Below, piece after piece: positions 43,320-53,547 of a DNA stretch of 56,090 nucleotides (within the stretch, counting starts at the first letter, position 1; each line of letters begins with the position of its first letter). The stretch is from Candidatus Omnitrophota bacterium (lineage in GTDB: Bacteria > Omnitrophota > Gorgyraeia > Aquiviventales > Aquiviventaceae), in NCBI GenBank assembly GCA_016198905.1, contig JACQHR010000036.1:1-56090 (forward strand), written 5' to 3'. The position numbers and the translations under genes were made by a program. The notes beneath the pieces are model-generated. The model searched no databases. It was not told where the DNA came from and saw nothing but the letters and a program-made list of their open reading frames with translations.

Positions 43320-44593
43320 GAGAGGATCGCTTTCGGAATCACATCGTAGCGGATCAGGTCCTGCCGTGTTTCCCGTCGACGAATGACGGCCCAGCGCGCG
43401 CCGCGCACCAAGACTTCCACCGGCCGCAGCCGCCCGTTATAGTTCGAGGCCATCGTCGAGCCATACGCGCCGGCACCCAAAATCGCCAACAGCTCTCCCG
43501 AGCCCACCGCCCCGAGCTGCCGATCTCTCGCGAAAACATCGGCGCTCTCGCAAATCGGCCCGACGACATCGTAGCGGCCGTGTCCGTTGCGTGAGGGCCG
43601 CGGAACTCCAACCGGAATCACTTCATGGTACGCGCCATACAAGGCCGGCCGGATCAGATCGTTCATCCCCGCATCCACGACGGCAAACCGCGTGCCGTGC
43701 GCTTTCTTCACGTAGAGCACTTCCGTGACGAGAATCCCGGCATTGCCCACGATGAACCGGCCCGGCTCAAGAATGAGGCGCGCGTGCAGCGACTGCAGCA
43801 GCGGCAACACGGCCGCGGCAAACTGTTTCGGGGTCTGCGGCGCTTCATCTTTGTAGATGATCCCCAACCCGCCGCCTAAGTTGATCCAGTCAATCGGCGC
43901 GCCCATCCGCCGCCCGGCCCGGATGACGTTTGCACCCCGCTTGATCGCCTGGACAAAGGGCGAGGCCTCCGTAATCTGCGAGCCGATGTGCAGGTGAATA
44001 CCGATGATCCGCACACCCGATAAGGCACTGTGCCGACGAAAAATCGCCAGCGCCGTCTTAGGATCGATGCCGAACTTCGTGCCGCGTATGCCCGTCGTGA
44101 TGTGCCGGTGCGTGTGCGCTTCGACATCAGGATTCACGCGCAGGGCAACGCGCGCCACCTTGCCCATGGCGCGCGCAATCGCGTGGATGCTCTCAAGCTC
44201 CGGCTCAGACTCCACGTTAAAGCAGAAGATGCCGACACGGAGCGACTCGCGGATCTCCTCCGGACGCTTGCCGACGCTGGCAAAGACGATCTTCGACGAC
44301 GGACAGCCTGCCTGTAGGGCTTTGTAGAGTTCGCCACCCGAGACGATATCCAAGCCGGCTCCGTGTTTCACCAAGAGCTTGAGAATCGCCAAGTTGCCGT
44401 TGGCCTTCACCGAAAAACAGATGAGCGGTGCCAGCGCGCGAAAGGCTTGTTGCAGCTTCGCGAGGTGCTCGACGAGCGTTTTATGGCTGTAGATGTACAC
44501 GGGCGTGCCGACCTCGCTGGCAATGCGTGCCACCGGCACGCGCTCACAGTAGAGCGCGCCGCGTACGCGATGAAAATCGTGTGGATACTGCAT
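43316..44593 (-). CDS. lysA: diaminopimelate decarboxylase
   Basis: SVKAN, HIGSQI, GGG, EPGR, GPICES.D. Confidence 0.97.
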   Translation of the reverse strand: MQYPHDFHRVRGALYCERVPVARIASEVGTPVYIYSHKTLVEHLAKLQQAFRALAPLICFSVKANGNLAILKLLVKHGAGLDIVSGGELYKALQAGCPSSKIVFASVGKRPEEIRESLRVGIFCFNVESEPELESIHAIARAMGKVARVALRVNPDVEAHTHRHITTGIRGTKFGIDPKTALAIFRRHSALSGVRIIGIHLHIGSQITEASPFVQAIKRGANVIRAGRRMGAPIDWINLGGGLGIIYKDEAPQTPKQFAAAVLPLLQSLHARLILEPGRFIVGNAGILVTEVLYVKKAHGTRFAVVDAGMNDLIRPALYGAYHEVIPVGVPRPSRNGHGRYDVVGPICESADVFARDRQLGAVGSGELLAILGAGAYGSTMASNYNGRLRPVEVLVRGARWAVIRRRETRQDLIRYDVIPKAILS

Positions 44594-44601
44594 CCTATTC
44601 C

Positions 44602-44697
44602 GTTGAGCCGGTTAAGCCCGTTCAGCCTCTTAAGTCTGTTGAGTCGGTTTGGCCGGTTTGGTTTTCTACCGACTTAACTGGCCCAACCGGCCTAACC
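44602..44697. repeat. nonamer tandem array with a shorter inverted counter-array (argH-lysA intergenic)
   Basis: GTTGAGCCG GTTAAGCCC GTTCAGCCT CTTAAGTCT GTTGAGTCG GTTTGGCCG ... TAACTGGCC CAACCGGCC TAACC. Confidence 0.8.
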
Positions 44698-46074
44698 CCT
44701 CTTGAGTTTTTTCTGCCAATTTACAAGCGCTTGTGCGACCATCGTCGGGTTCGTGCTGCCCACACTGCGTTTGCGCGCCACGGATGCCCGTGGATCAAGC
44801 ACGGCCAGGGCCCGCCGATCAAACGCCGTTGAGAATCGTTTCAGTTGCGCGAGTCCAAGCTGTTTGAGCGGTATGCCCTGCCGCTCAGCTGCCACCACCA
44901 CCTGACCGACGATGGTGTGAGCCTGCGCAAACGGCACGCCGCGCTCTACTAAATATTCAGCAAGATCCGTCGCGCAAAGCGCATCGTCGTGCAGCAGCGC
45001 GGTCAGCTGCGATGTCCGAATCGTCGAGCGCTGCACAAGGCGCGCCAGCACGATGAGTGCGTCATGCGTCATCTCGATGGATTCGCAGACGCAGCGCTTA
45101 TCCCACTGCAAATCTCGATTATACGACAAGGGCAGCCCCTTCATCATCGTCAATAATGCCGTGAGGTGTCCGATCACCAAGCCGGCTTGGCCGCGGATCA
45201 GCTCGAGCACATCCGGATTCTTCTTCTGCGGCATGAGACTCGAGCCGGTCGCAAACGCATCATCCAGCTCGAGGATCCCGAACTCCACGCTGTTCCAGAG
45301 GATGAAATCCTCGGCCAAACGGGACAGATGCATCCCGACGATGGCCAGCGCCGAGCACAGCTCCAGCGCAAAGTCGCGATCGCTGACCGCGTCCATGCTG
45401 TTGCGCGAGACGCGCGGAAATTTCAGGAGCTTCGCGACGAACGCGCGATCGATCGGCAGCGACGTCCCGGCCAGCGCTCCCGAGCCAAGCGGCAGCACAT
45501 CGATGCGGATGTGCGCATCGCGTAATCGCTCGATGTCTCGCTCGAACATTTCCACGTACGCAAGCAGATGGTGCGCCAGCAGCACCGGCTGAGCGTGCTG
45601 CAGATGCGTATAGCCCGGCATCACGGCCCGCGCATACCGCGAGGCCAGATGCACGAGCGCTCGCTGCGCGCCGCGCAGATCGTCCGTGAGATACGCCGCG
45701 GCGTCACGACAATAGAGCCGCAGATCGAGAGCCACTTGATCGTTGCGGCTGCGCGCGGTATGCAGTTTCTTCGCCACCGGCCCGATGCGCCGCTCCAGCG
45801 TTTGTTGAATCTGCGTATGGATGTCCTCGGCGCGCGGATTCGGCGCAAAGCGTCCCTGCTGAATCGATCGGAGAATGCGCGTCAACCCTCGCACCAGCTT
45901 CCGGCTGTCCGCGCGGGAGATGATCCGGCAGCGACCGAGCATCGTGGCATGCGCGATGGAGCCCTGCACATCGTAGCGGGCTAGACAAGCATCCACCGTG
46001 ATGCTCGAGGTATAGCGCTCCACGAGCGGATCCGTCGCTTTCTTGAACCGTCCGCCCCATAATTTGCGTGTCAT
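44692..46074 (-). CDS. argH: argininosuccinate lyase
   Basis: KLWGGRF, RSRNDQ, GSSLMPQKKNPD. Confidence 0.97.
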   Translation of the reverse strand: MTRKLWGGRFKKATDPLVERYTSSITVDACLARYDVQGSIAHATMLGRCRIISRADSRKLVRGLTRILRSIQQGRFAPNPRAEDIHTQIQQTLERRIGPVAKKLHTARSRNDQVALDLRLYCRDAAAYLTDDLRGAQRALVHLASRYARAVMPGYTHLQHAQPVLLAHHLLAYVEMFERDIERLRDAHIRIDVLPLGSGALAGTSLPIDRAFVAKLLKFPRVSRNSMDAVSDRDFALELCSALAIVGMHLSRLAEDFILWNSVEFGILELDDAFATGSSLMPQKKNPDVLELIRGQAGLVIGHLTALLTMMKGLPLSYNRDLQWDKRCVCESIEMTHDALIVLARLVQRSTIRTSQLTALLHDDALCATDLAEYLVERGVPFAQAHTIVGQVVVAAERQGIPLKQLGLAQLKRFSTAFDRRALAVLDPRASVARKRSVGSTNPTMVAQALVNWQKKLKRG

Positions 46075-46114
46075 CTGCACCTCTGAGTGACTACGTGACC
46101 GCGTGGCCATGTGG

Positions 46115-47305
46115 TCACTTGGCTACTCGGCCACTTCCTTCATATGCCAGTCCAAAGAGTTTAATGAATCCCTCCGCGGCACGTTGATCAAATTGGTCCT
46201 TCGCCGAGTAGGTCGCCAGCCGCTCCTTGTAGAGCCCATGCGGCGACTTGCGTCCTACCACTTGACACGATCCTTTAAAGAGCTTCAGCCGTATCGTTCC
46301 GCTCACGCGTTGCTGCGTGGCATTGATGAACGCATCGAGCGAGGTCTTCAGCGGCGTGAACCACAGACCAGAGTAAATGAGCTCAGCGTAGGTGATGGCG
46401 ACCCCGCGCTTAAACTGCAGCAGCTGCCGATCCAACACGAGCCGCTCCAATTCCTGATGCGCCTCAAAAAGGATCGCGCCCGCCGGCGCTTCATAGACTT
46501 CGCGCGACTTGATGCCCACGATGCGGCTTTCGATCACGTCGGATCGGCCGATGCCGTGCGCAGCCCCGAGCCGATGAAGCCGGTCAATCAGTTGGAGCTC
46601 AGGCACGCGCGCTCCATTCACACGCACGGGAACTCCGCGCGAGAACTCAATCGTGACATAGGCCGGTGTGGACGCGGCGCGCTCTGGCGAGCGGATCGAG
46701 CGATAGGTATCCGTCGGCGGCTCGGTCCAGGGATTTTCCAACACGCCGGACTCGATGCTCGTGCCCCAGAGATTTTGGTCGATGCTGTACGGACTGCGTT
46801 TCGTCACGTCGATCGGAATCCGATATTTGAGCGCATAGTCGATCTCTTGATCTCGCGAGCGAAACTCCCACACCCGCACCGGCGCGATGATCTCGAGCGT
46901 CGGATCCAGAATGCGCGCGGTCACCTCGAAGCGGACCTGGTCGTTGCCCTTCCCGGTGCATCCATGCGCCACCGCCTTCGCTCCGGCCTTGTGCGCCACG
47001 TCGACCATGTGTTTCGCGATGAGCGGCCGCGACAACGCCGTCGCGAGCAAGTACTCGCCCTCGTAGACCGCTTCCGCTTTCAGCGCAGGCCAGATGTAGT
47101 CGGCGACGAACTCTTTGCGCAGGTCGCGCACGATGACCTGAGCCGCCCCGGCCACTTTGGCGCGCCGGATGGCCGCAGCCGAGGGATCGCCCTGGCCGAC
47201 GTTCGCCATAAACGCGATGACCCGGTAGCCGCGATCCGCCAGCCACTTCACGCATACCGACGTATCCAACCCGCCTGAATAGGCCAACACCACCGTCTTG
47301 CTCAT
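46115..47305 (-). CDS. argG: argininosuccinate synthase
   Basis: LAYSGGLDTS, HGCTGKGNDQVRF, KSREVYE. Confidence 0.98.
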   Translation of the reverse strand: MSKTVVLAYSGGLDTSVCVKWLADRGYRVIAFMANVGQGDPSAAAIRRAKVAGAAQVIVRDLRKEFVADYIWPALKAEAVYEGEYLLATALSRPLIAKHMVDVAHKAGAKAVAHGCTGKGNDQVRFEVTARILDPTLEIIAPVRVWEFRSRDQEIDYALKYRIPIDVTKRSPYSIDQNLWGTSIESGVLENPWTEPPTDTYRSIRSPERAASTPAYVTIEFSRGVPVRVNGARVPELQLIDRLHRLGAAHGIGRSDVIESRIVGIKSREVYEAPAGAILFEAHQELERLVLDRQLLQFKRGVAITYAELIYSGLWFTPLKTSLDAFINATQQRVSGTIRLKLFKGSCQVVGRKSPHGLYKERLATYSAKDQFDQRAAEGFIKLFGLAYEGSGRVAK

Positions 47306-47321
47306 GACACGCAACTCCTCA

Positions 47322-48239
47322 TCATCGGCGCTTCAAGAGAAACGCTAAGAGCGCTTTTTGCGCATGGAGGCGGTTTTCCGCCTGATCGATCACCACCGAA
47401 TGCTTCCCTTCCATCACGTCGTCGGTAATCTCTTCACCCCGGTGCGCCGGCAGACAGTGCATCACACGATAGCCCTTCGCGGCATGTTTCAACAACTGCA
47501 TGTTGAGCTGATAGGGTCGAAACGCTTTCAGCTTCGCGCGGCGCTGCGCTTCCTGACCCATGCTCACCCACACATCGGTATAGATGACCTGCGCCCCGTT
47601 GATCGCGCGCGTTGGATCCGGCATCCACTGCACCGTCGCGCCATGCGACGCCGCCATGCGGCTGACGCGTTTCCAGATGGTGGCATCCGGCCGGTAGGCT
47701 GGCGGAGTCGCCACAGTCAAGTGGGCACCCAGCATCGCGCACCCCTCAGCTAACGAATGCAGCACATTGTTGCCGTCGCCCACATAGGCCACGCGCAGCC
47801 CCTTCACGCGGCCAAACTGTTCGTGCATCGTAAACAGATCCGCCAGCGCCTGGCACGGATGCGCCGCGTCCGAAAGGCCGTTGATCACCGGGCACGTGGC
47901 GTATTGCGCAAACGCTTCGGCGTCGCTGTGCGCGAACGTCCGGGCGACAATCGCATCGACATACCGCGAGAGCACGCGCGCGACATCCTTGATCGGCTCG
48001 CGCTGTCCAAGCTGGATATCATCCTGCCCGAGATAGATCACCGAGCCACCCAGCTGCAGCACCGCCACTTCGAACGCCACGCGCGTGCGCATCGACGGTT
48101 TCTGGAAGACGAGCGCCACGGTCCGGCCCGCCAGCGCCTGATGATGATAGACCCGGCTTCGCTTGTAGCGAGCCGTCTCGCTGAGCAGCGCGCGCAGCTC
48201 AGCCTCCGTGACATCCGTCAACGTCAGAAAATGGCGCAT
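47322..48239 (-). CDS. argF: ornithine carbamoyltransferase
   Basis: SMRTR, HPCQ, DVWVSMG, HCLP. Confidence 0.95.
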   Translation of the reverse strand: MRHFLTLTDVTEAELRALLSETARYKRSRVYHHQALAGRTVALVFQKPSMRTRVAFEVAVLQLGGSVIYLGQDDIQLGQREPIKDVARVLSRYVDAIVARTFAHSDAEAFAQYATCPVINGLSDAAHPCQALADLFTMHEQFGRVKGLRVAYVGDGNNVLHSLAEGCAMLGAHLTVATPPAYRPDATIWKRVSRMAASHGATVQWMPDPTRAINGAQVIYTDVWVSMGQEAQRRAKLKAFRPYQLNMQLLKHAAKGYRVMHCLPAHRGEEITDDVMEGKHSVVIDQAENRLHAQKALLAFLLKRR

Positions 48240-48242
48240 TGG

Positions 48243-49487
48243 TTACGCTCGCGCGGCCGGCATGGCGCCAGCCTCATCATGCGTTAGCACGTCTTCAAGA
48301 ATCTGCAGCGCGCGATCAAGCTGGGCTTTGGTAATCGTCATCGCCGGCAGCAGCCGAAGCACGCGCTCCTGCGTGCAGTTGATCAGCAATCGCTTGGTTC
48401 GACACGCGTCGACCAGCGGCCGGCCGTCGATCGTCAGTTCGATGCCGATCATGAATCCGCGCCCGCGCACGTCTGTGATGAACGGCACGCGCGCTTTGAG
48501 CTTCTCCAGTCGTTTGAGGATGTAGGGGCCAAACCGGTTCACGCGCTCCAGCAACGCTTGCTTCTTGATCGCTTCGATGACCGCCAGAATGCACGCGCAT
48601 CCCAGTGGACTGCCGCCGTACGTCGTCGCGTGCGTGCCCGGGGTCAGCGTCTCAGCGATGGCGCGTTTCGCAATCACCGCGCCGATCGGGAACCCGCCGC
48701 CTAATGTTTTGGCCAACAACATCACATCAGGCTCAACGCCGCTGTGCTGATAGGCGAACCACGTCCCGGTGCGCCCCATGCCCGTCTGGACTTCATCGAA
48801 GATGAGCAGCAGCTTCTGCTCATCGCATAGCGTGCGCAGCCCCTTCAAGAATGCTTCGCCGGCGATATTGACTCCGCCTTCTCCCTGAATGGGCTCAACT
48901 AGGACGGCCACTGTCTTTAGCGTCACCGCACGGCGCACCGCCTCAAGGTCATTGAAGGGAACGTGCACAAATCCTGGCACCAGCGGCTCAAATCCTTGCC
49001 GGTGTTTGGACTGTCCGGTCGCGCTGACGGCTGCCATCGTCCGTCCGTGAAACGATTGCTGCATCGCGATGATTTCATAGCGTCCGCCTGCTTGGCCTAT
49101 CCCAGCTCCATTGGCGGAGTGTCCCCAGCGACGCACGAGCTTTACCGCGGTCTCGACCGCCTCAGCTCCGCTGTTCGAGAAGAACACCTTCCCATCAAAC
49201 GAGAGTTCGACCAACTGCTTCGCCGCTTGCGCCTGCAGCGGATGGTAGTAGTTGTTGGAGATGTGGATCACCCGGCCGGATTGGCCCCGCAGAGCCGTCA
49301 TCACCCACGGATGATTGTAGCCAAGCCCGCTGACGCCCCAGCCGGGAAAGAGGTCGAGGTATTCGCGGCCCTCAACGTCCCACACGCGGCTGCCCTTGCC
49401 CTTCGTGAGCACGAGCGGGCTGCGCGTGTACGTGTTCATCACGTAACGTTCGTAGTGTGCGATCACTCGATTCGTCGATTGCGCCAT
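48243..49487 (-). CDS. argD: acetylornithine aminotransferase
   Basis: NSGAEA, FHGRT, EPIQGEGG, DEVQTG, AKTLGGG. Confidence 0.95.
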   Translation of the reverse strand: MAQSTNRVIAHYERYVMNTYTRSPLVLTKGKGSRVWDVEGREYLDLFPGWGVSGLGYNHPWVMTALRGQSGRVIHISNNYYHPLQAQAAKQLVELSFDGKVFFSNSGAEAVETAVKLVRRWGHSANGAGIGQAGGRYEIIAMQQSFHGRTMAAVSATGQSKHRQGFEPLVPGFVHVPFNDLEAVRRAVTLKTVAVLVEPIQGEGGVNIAGEAFLKGLRTLCDEQKLLLIFDEVQTGMGRTGTWFAYQHSGVEPDVMLLAKTLGGGFPIGAVIAKRAIAETLTPGTHATTYGGSPLGCACILAVIEAIKKQALLERVNRFGPYILKRLEKLKARVPFITDVRGRGFMIGIELTIDGRPLVDACRTKRLLINCTQERVLRLLPAMTITKAQLDRALQILEDVLTHDEAGAMPAARA

Positions 49488-49488
49488 G

Positions 49489-50340
49489 TCAGCGGAGAAT
49501 CTCGGTGCCAATGCCTTGCTTCGTGAAAATCTCCAGCAGCATTGCGTGCGGAATGCCCGCATCGATGATGTGGGTCTTCTTCACCCCGCGCCGCAGCGCG
49601 TGGACGCACGCCTTCACTTTCGGGATCATGCCCGCCTGAATGACGTGCCGGTCAATCAAGTGTTGTGAATCTTTCACCGACAGCGTCGAGATGAGCGAGC
49701 CCACATCGTCCGCGTGCCGCACAATCCCTCGGACGTTGGTCAGCAGCACGAGTTTCTCGGCCTTCAGGTGCGCGGCCACTTCGCTGGCCACGTCGTCCGC
49801 ATTGATGTTGTAGAGCCGGCCGGCGCCATCGACGCCAACCGGCGAGATCACCGGAATCGCGTGGCGCTTCAAGATCATCCGAATCGGGCCGATGCGCACC
49901 AGGCTGACCGACCCGACGAATCCCAGCGTGGCGGCCTTTGCATGCGGCTCGGCAATGATCACCCGCTGCTTCGCGACGAGGCCTTCGGCATGGCCTCCGA
50001 GCGAGCGAATCCGGGTCACCAAGCGATGATTCACCTCGCTGAGTGCGTGATTGACCACGCGAACGGTCTCGCGATCCGTGACGCGAATGCCGTGGACGAA
50101 CTCGGTCTTGCGCCCAACCTCGGAGAGCTTGCGCGTGATCTCCGGCCCGCCTCCGTGGACGAGCACCGAGCGAATCCCCACGGTGCTGAGAAAGATAAGA
50201 TCCTGCAGCACGGCGTTCATCGCCGCCGGGTTGTCAATGGCGCTGCCGCCGTACTTGGCGACGATAATCTTCGAGCGAAACGCCTGGATGTACGGGATCG
50301 CCTCGATGAGGATCCCGGCTTTCTCAATGAACCGTTCCAT
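49489..50340 (-). CDS. argB: acetylglutamate kinase
   Basis: KYGGS, HGGGP, NINAD, GMIPK. Confidence 0.96.
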   Translation of the reverse strand: MERFIEKAGILIEAIPYIQAFRSKIIVAKYGGSAIDNPAAMNAVLQDLIFLSTVGIRSVLVHGGGPEITRKLSEVGRKTEFVHGIRVTDRETVRVVNHALSEVNHRLVTRIRSLGGHAEGLVAKQRVIIAEPHAKAATLGFVGSVSLVRIGPIRMILKRHAIPVISPVGVDGAGRLYNINADDVASEVAAHLKAEKLVLLTNVRGIVRHADDVGSLISTLSVKDSQHLIDRHVIQAGMIPKVKACVHALRRGVKKTHIIDAGIPHAMLLEIFTKQGIGTEILR

Positions 50341-51539
50341 TACGTCGCGTACCCGGCATTGATGCGCACGTAGTCTTCGGTCAGATCGGACGCGAGCATC
50401 CAGCCGGAGCCTCGTCCCGCATGGAGGTTGACGCGCACGGTCACCGCAGGACGGCTCAAGAGCCGCCGGAGCATCGCGACATTGTTCAGCCGCGCCATCC
50501 CGTTCGCAACGATGGTGTGCGAGCCGATGGCGATCTCCAGCCGCGCGGCATCAAACCGAGCCGTCGAGGCTCCTGCGGCGGCGGCAATCCGCCCGGGATT
50601 CGGGTCGCTGCCGGCCAGCATCGTCTTCACGAGCGGCGAGTTGGCGATCTGCCGAGCGCAGGCTTGCGCGTCGCGATCCGTCCGCGCGCCATCCACATGG
50701 ACGCGCATGGTGCGCGTCACCCCTTCGCCATCCTGCACGATCAGCGTCGCCAGCCGCTCCATCACGGTCTCGAGCGTGCGCGCAAAAAGTCGCGCGCTCG
50801 TGCCCGTGCTGCGAATCACCGCGCCTGCATCCCCGCTGGCCAGCGCAAAGACGGTGTCATTGGTGCTCATATCGCCGTCCACGGTGATGCGATTGAACGT
50901 GCGCGCCGTCGCCTGCCGCAGCAGCGTGCGCAACAGCGCCGGTGCGATCACCACATCCGTTGTCACGACGCACAGCATCGTCGCCATGGAGGGCGCGATC
51001 ATGCCGGCCCCTTTGGCCATGCCGCCCACGCGGCAGCGATGACCACCGATCATCGTTTCCACCGCGGCCTCTTTGATGCGCAAATCTGTCGTCAGGATCG
51101 CCTGGGCCGCATCCGCATGATTCGCGCGGCTGACGTGCTTCACAAGCGACGGCACCGCGCGCAGGACACGCTCAACCGGAAGCCGCTTGCCAATGAGCCC
51201 TGTCGACGCAACCAGCACGTCATTCTCAGGAATGCGTAGTCGCCGTGCCACTGCACGCGTCAGCCGCAGCGCATCCTGCCGTCCCGCGTCTCCCGTGAGA
51301 CAATTCGCGCAGCCGCTGTTGATGAGGATGGCGCTCGCCCGTCCACGGCGCAGCCGTGCCTGGCTGATGAGCACGGAAGCCGCCTTCACACGGTTGGTCG
51401 TCAGGACGCCGGCCGCGCGGGCGGGATGATCCGTCACAATGAGCGCGAGATCGAGCTTCTTGCTCGGTTTGATCCCCGCCGCAACGCCGCAGGCGTTGAA
51501 ACCTTTGGCCGCGGTGACACCCCCGGTAACCGATTTCAT
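50340..51539 (-). CDS. argJ: ornithine acetyltransferase ArgJ
   Basis: KGAGMIAPSMATML, DGDMSTND, DGEG. Confidence 0.96.
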   Translation of the reverse strand: MKSVTGGVTAAKGFNACGVAAGIKPSKKLDLALIVTDHPARAAGVLTTNRVKAASVLISQARLRRGRASAILINSGCANCLTGDAGRQDALRLTRAVARRLRIPENDVLVASTGLIGKRLPVERVLRAVPSLVKHVSRANHADAAQAILTTDLRIKEAAVETMIGGHRCRVGGMAKGAGMIAPSMATMLCVVTTDVVIAPALLRTLLRQATARTFNRITVDGDMSTNDTVFALASGDAGAVIRSTGTSARLFARTLETVMERLATLIVQDGEGVTRTMRVHVDGARTDRDAQACARQIANSPLVKTMLAGSDPNPGRIAAAAGASTARFDAARLEIAIGSHTIVANGMARLNNVAMLRRLLSRPAVTVRVNLHAGRGSGWMLASDLTEDYVRINAGYAT

Positions 51540-52576
51540 GCACAGAGCCCAGTGGTCTCGGGCCATCCGGCCATGACATTCAGATTCTGGACGGCCTGCC
51601 CTGCGGCACCTTTGAGGAGATTGTCGATGGCGGCCGTCACAATGAGGCCGCGCTTGGCCTGATCGACCGTCCATGCAAGGTCGCAGTAATTGGTGCCCGC
51701 GACGTCATGGATCTTCGGCCACTGATTCTGCGGACGAAGCCGGACGAATGGCGCCTCGCGATAGAAGTCGCGATAAGTCGCGTGAACGTCGTCCCAGGTC
51801 GCGGTCTTCGCCAGCCGAAGATACATCGTCGAGAGAATCCCACGGTTCATGGGCACCACGTGCGGCACAAAGCACAGCGAGACACCCCCGGCACCGGCAA
51901 ATGGTGCCAGCGCCTGCTCGACTTCGGGCGTGTGCTGGTGATGGTTGACCTTATACGGCCAGAGGTTTTCGTTCATCTCCGAAAACATCATCGACGGTTC
52001 GGCCTTGCGCCCGGCCCCGGTCAGACCGGACTTCGCGTCGACGACCATCCACTCACGCTCGACGAGTTTGGCGCGCAGCAAGGGCGCCAACGCCAAGATG
52101 ATGGAGGTGGCGTAACAGCCGGGGTTGGCGACGAGCCGCGCGCGGGCGATCGCCTCTTTGGAGAGCTCAGGAATGCCGTAGACGGCCTCGGCCAGCAGCT
52201 CAGGATGTGTGTGCGGTTTTCCGTACCACTGGGCATACGCGGCGGAGTCGCGCAGACGAAAATCGCTGCCAAGATCGACGATGCGACGCCCGGCCTTGAG
52301 GAGGATGGGCACGACATCCATGGAAACGCCATGCGGAAGGGCTAAGAAGGCGACGTCACACGACGACGCAAGGCGAGCAGGGTCGAGGGATTCTACCGAG
52401 AGGTCAAGCTGGCCGGCAAAGCGCGGAAAGACGTCGGCAAGCGCAACGGGGCGGTCCCATTTGGCTGAGGCCGCCAGGTGAGTAAGCTGGATGGATGGAT
52501 GTTGGAGGAGGATCCGGATAAGCTCTTCGCCCGCATATCCGGTCGCCCCTGCGATCGCGACCTTGAGTGTTGACAT
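51536..52576 (-). CDS. argC: N-acetyl-gamma-glutamyl-phosphate reductase
   Basis: GATGYAG, ANPGCY, DNLLKGAAGQA. Confidence 0.97.
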   Translation of the reverse strand: MSTLKVAIAGATGYAGEELIRILLQHPSIQLTHLAASAKWDRPVALADVFPRFAGQLDLSVESLDPARLASSCDVAFLALPHGVSMDVVPILLKAGRRIVDLGSDFRLRDSAAYAQWYGKPHTHPELLAEAVYGIPELSKEAIARARLVANPGCYATSIILALAPLLRAKLVEREWMVVDAKSGLTGAGRKAEPSMMFSEMNENLWPYKVNHHQHTPEVEQALAPFAGAGGVSLCFVPHVVPMNRGILSTMYLRLAKTATWDDVHATYRDFYREAPFVRLRPQNQWPKIHDVAGTNYCDLAWTVDQAKRGLIVTAAIDNLLKGAAGQAVQNLNVMAGWPETTGLCA

Positions 52577-52638
52577 CTGTGAGGTTGAGAGGGTGTCATC
52601 TTATCAGAATGGTCTCGTCGGCGCAACGCGTCCCGGGA

Positions 52639-53046
52639 TCACCGCTTGGTCCACTGGAACCGCTTGCGCGCACCTTTTTGCCCGTACTTCTTGCGCTCTT
52701 TTTCGCGCGGATCGCGCGTGAGCAGCCCCGCCCCATGCAGACTCGTGTGGTGCGCGGGGTCCATCTTCGAGAGGATGCGGGCGATGCCGAGCTTGATCGC
52801 TCCGGCTTGTCCGGTCAGCCCGCCGCCGACCACATTGGCGACGACGTTGTATTTGCCCAGCTGATGCGTTAATAAGAGCGGCGAACGAATCGAGAGCCGC
52901 ATCGTTTCCCGTGGGAAATAGTCTTCATACGGCCGTTGATTGACCACCACGGTACCCGTTCCAGGAACGAGCCGTACGCGCGCAATGGATCGTTTGCGTC
53001 GTCCGGTGGCCATGAGTGGTGCTGTCGCTGTGGTGGTCTCAGCCAT
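52639..53046 (-). CDS. rpsI: 30S ribosomal protein S9
   Basis: [30 protein letters not shown]. Confidence 0.98.
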   Translation of the reverse strand: MAETTTATAPLMATGRRKRSIARVRLVPGTGTVVVNQRPYEDYFPRETMRLSIRSPLLLTHQLGKYNVVANVVGGGLTGQAGAIKLGIARILSKMDPAHHTSLHGAGLLTRDPREKERKKYGQKGARKRFQWTKR

Positions 53047-53497
53047 ATGGTTCGTTCGCTCCTAAGAGATATTTGCTGATCGGTTCAGGGTTCTGGGCCG
53101 CGTGCGGATGCTCCGCGCCACGATAGATCTTGAGCTTGCCAAGCAACCGACGTCCCAAGGGACCGTCCGGCATCATCCCCTTGACTGCTTGCCGAAGGAC
53201 GCGATCGGGATGGGTCTCGAGGATCTGACCCATCGTACGCTCGCGCAGCCCGCCGGGATAACCGGAATACCGCTTATACAGTTTCTGGGAGCGCTTCTGT
53301 CCGGTCACGGCAATCTTCTCGGCATTGATCACGATGACAAAATCGCCGGCGTCAAGAAACGGCGTGAACGTGGGCTTGTGCTTGCCGCGCAGAATCATCG
53401 CGATGCGGCTCGCAAGACGCCCGAGCACCTTGTTGTCGGCGTCGATCAGAATCCACTTGCGGCCGAGATGTTTTACGCTTGGAAGGGTGGTCGTCAT
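53039..53497 (-). CDS. rplM: 50S ribosomal protein L13
   Basis: W.LIDA...LGRLAS, GKHKP.FTP, GYPGG, HPH.AQ; true start ATG 53497. Confidence 0.97.
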   Translation of the reverse strand: MTTTLPSVKHLGRKWILIDADNKVLGRLASRIAMILRGKHKPTFTPFLDAGDFVIVINAEKIAVTGQKRSQKLYKRYSGYPGGLRERTMGQILETHPDRVLRQAVKGMMPDGPLGRRLLGKLKIYRGAEHPHAAQNPEPISKYLLGANEPYG

Positions 53498-53506
53498 AGT
53501 CCGGCG

Positions 53507-53535
53507 ACTATAACACAGCGAGGGTGCAGTGTCAA
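53507..53535 (-). promoter_or_regulatory. sigma70 promoter of rplM-rpsI (near-leaderless)
   Basis: TTGACA-17 bp-TATAGT with an extended TG, 9 nt before the ATG. Confidence 0.85.
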
Positions 53536-53547
53536 CAACTGCAATTG

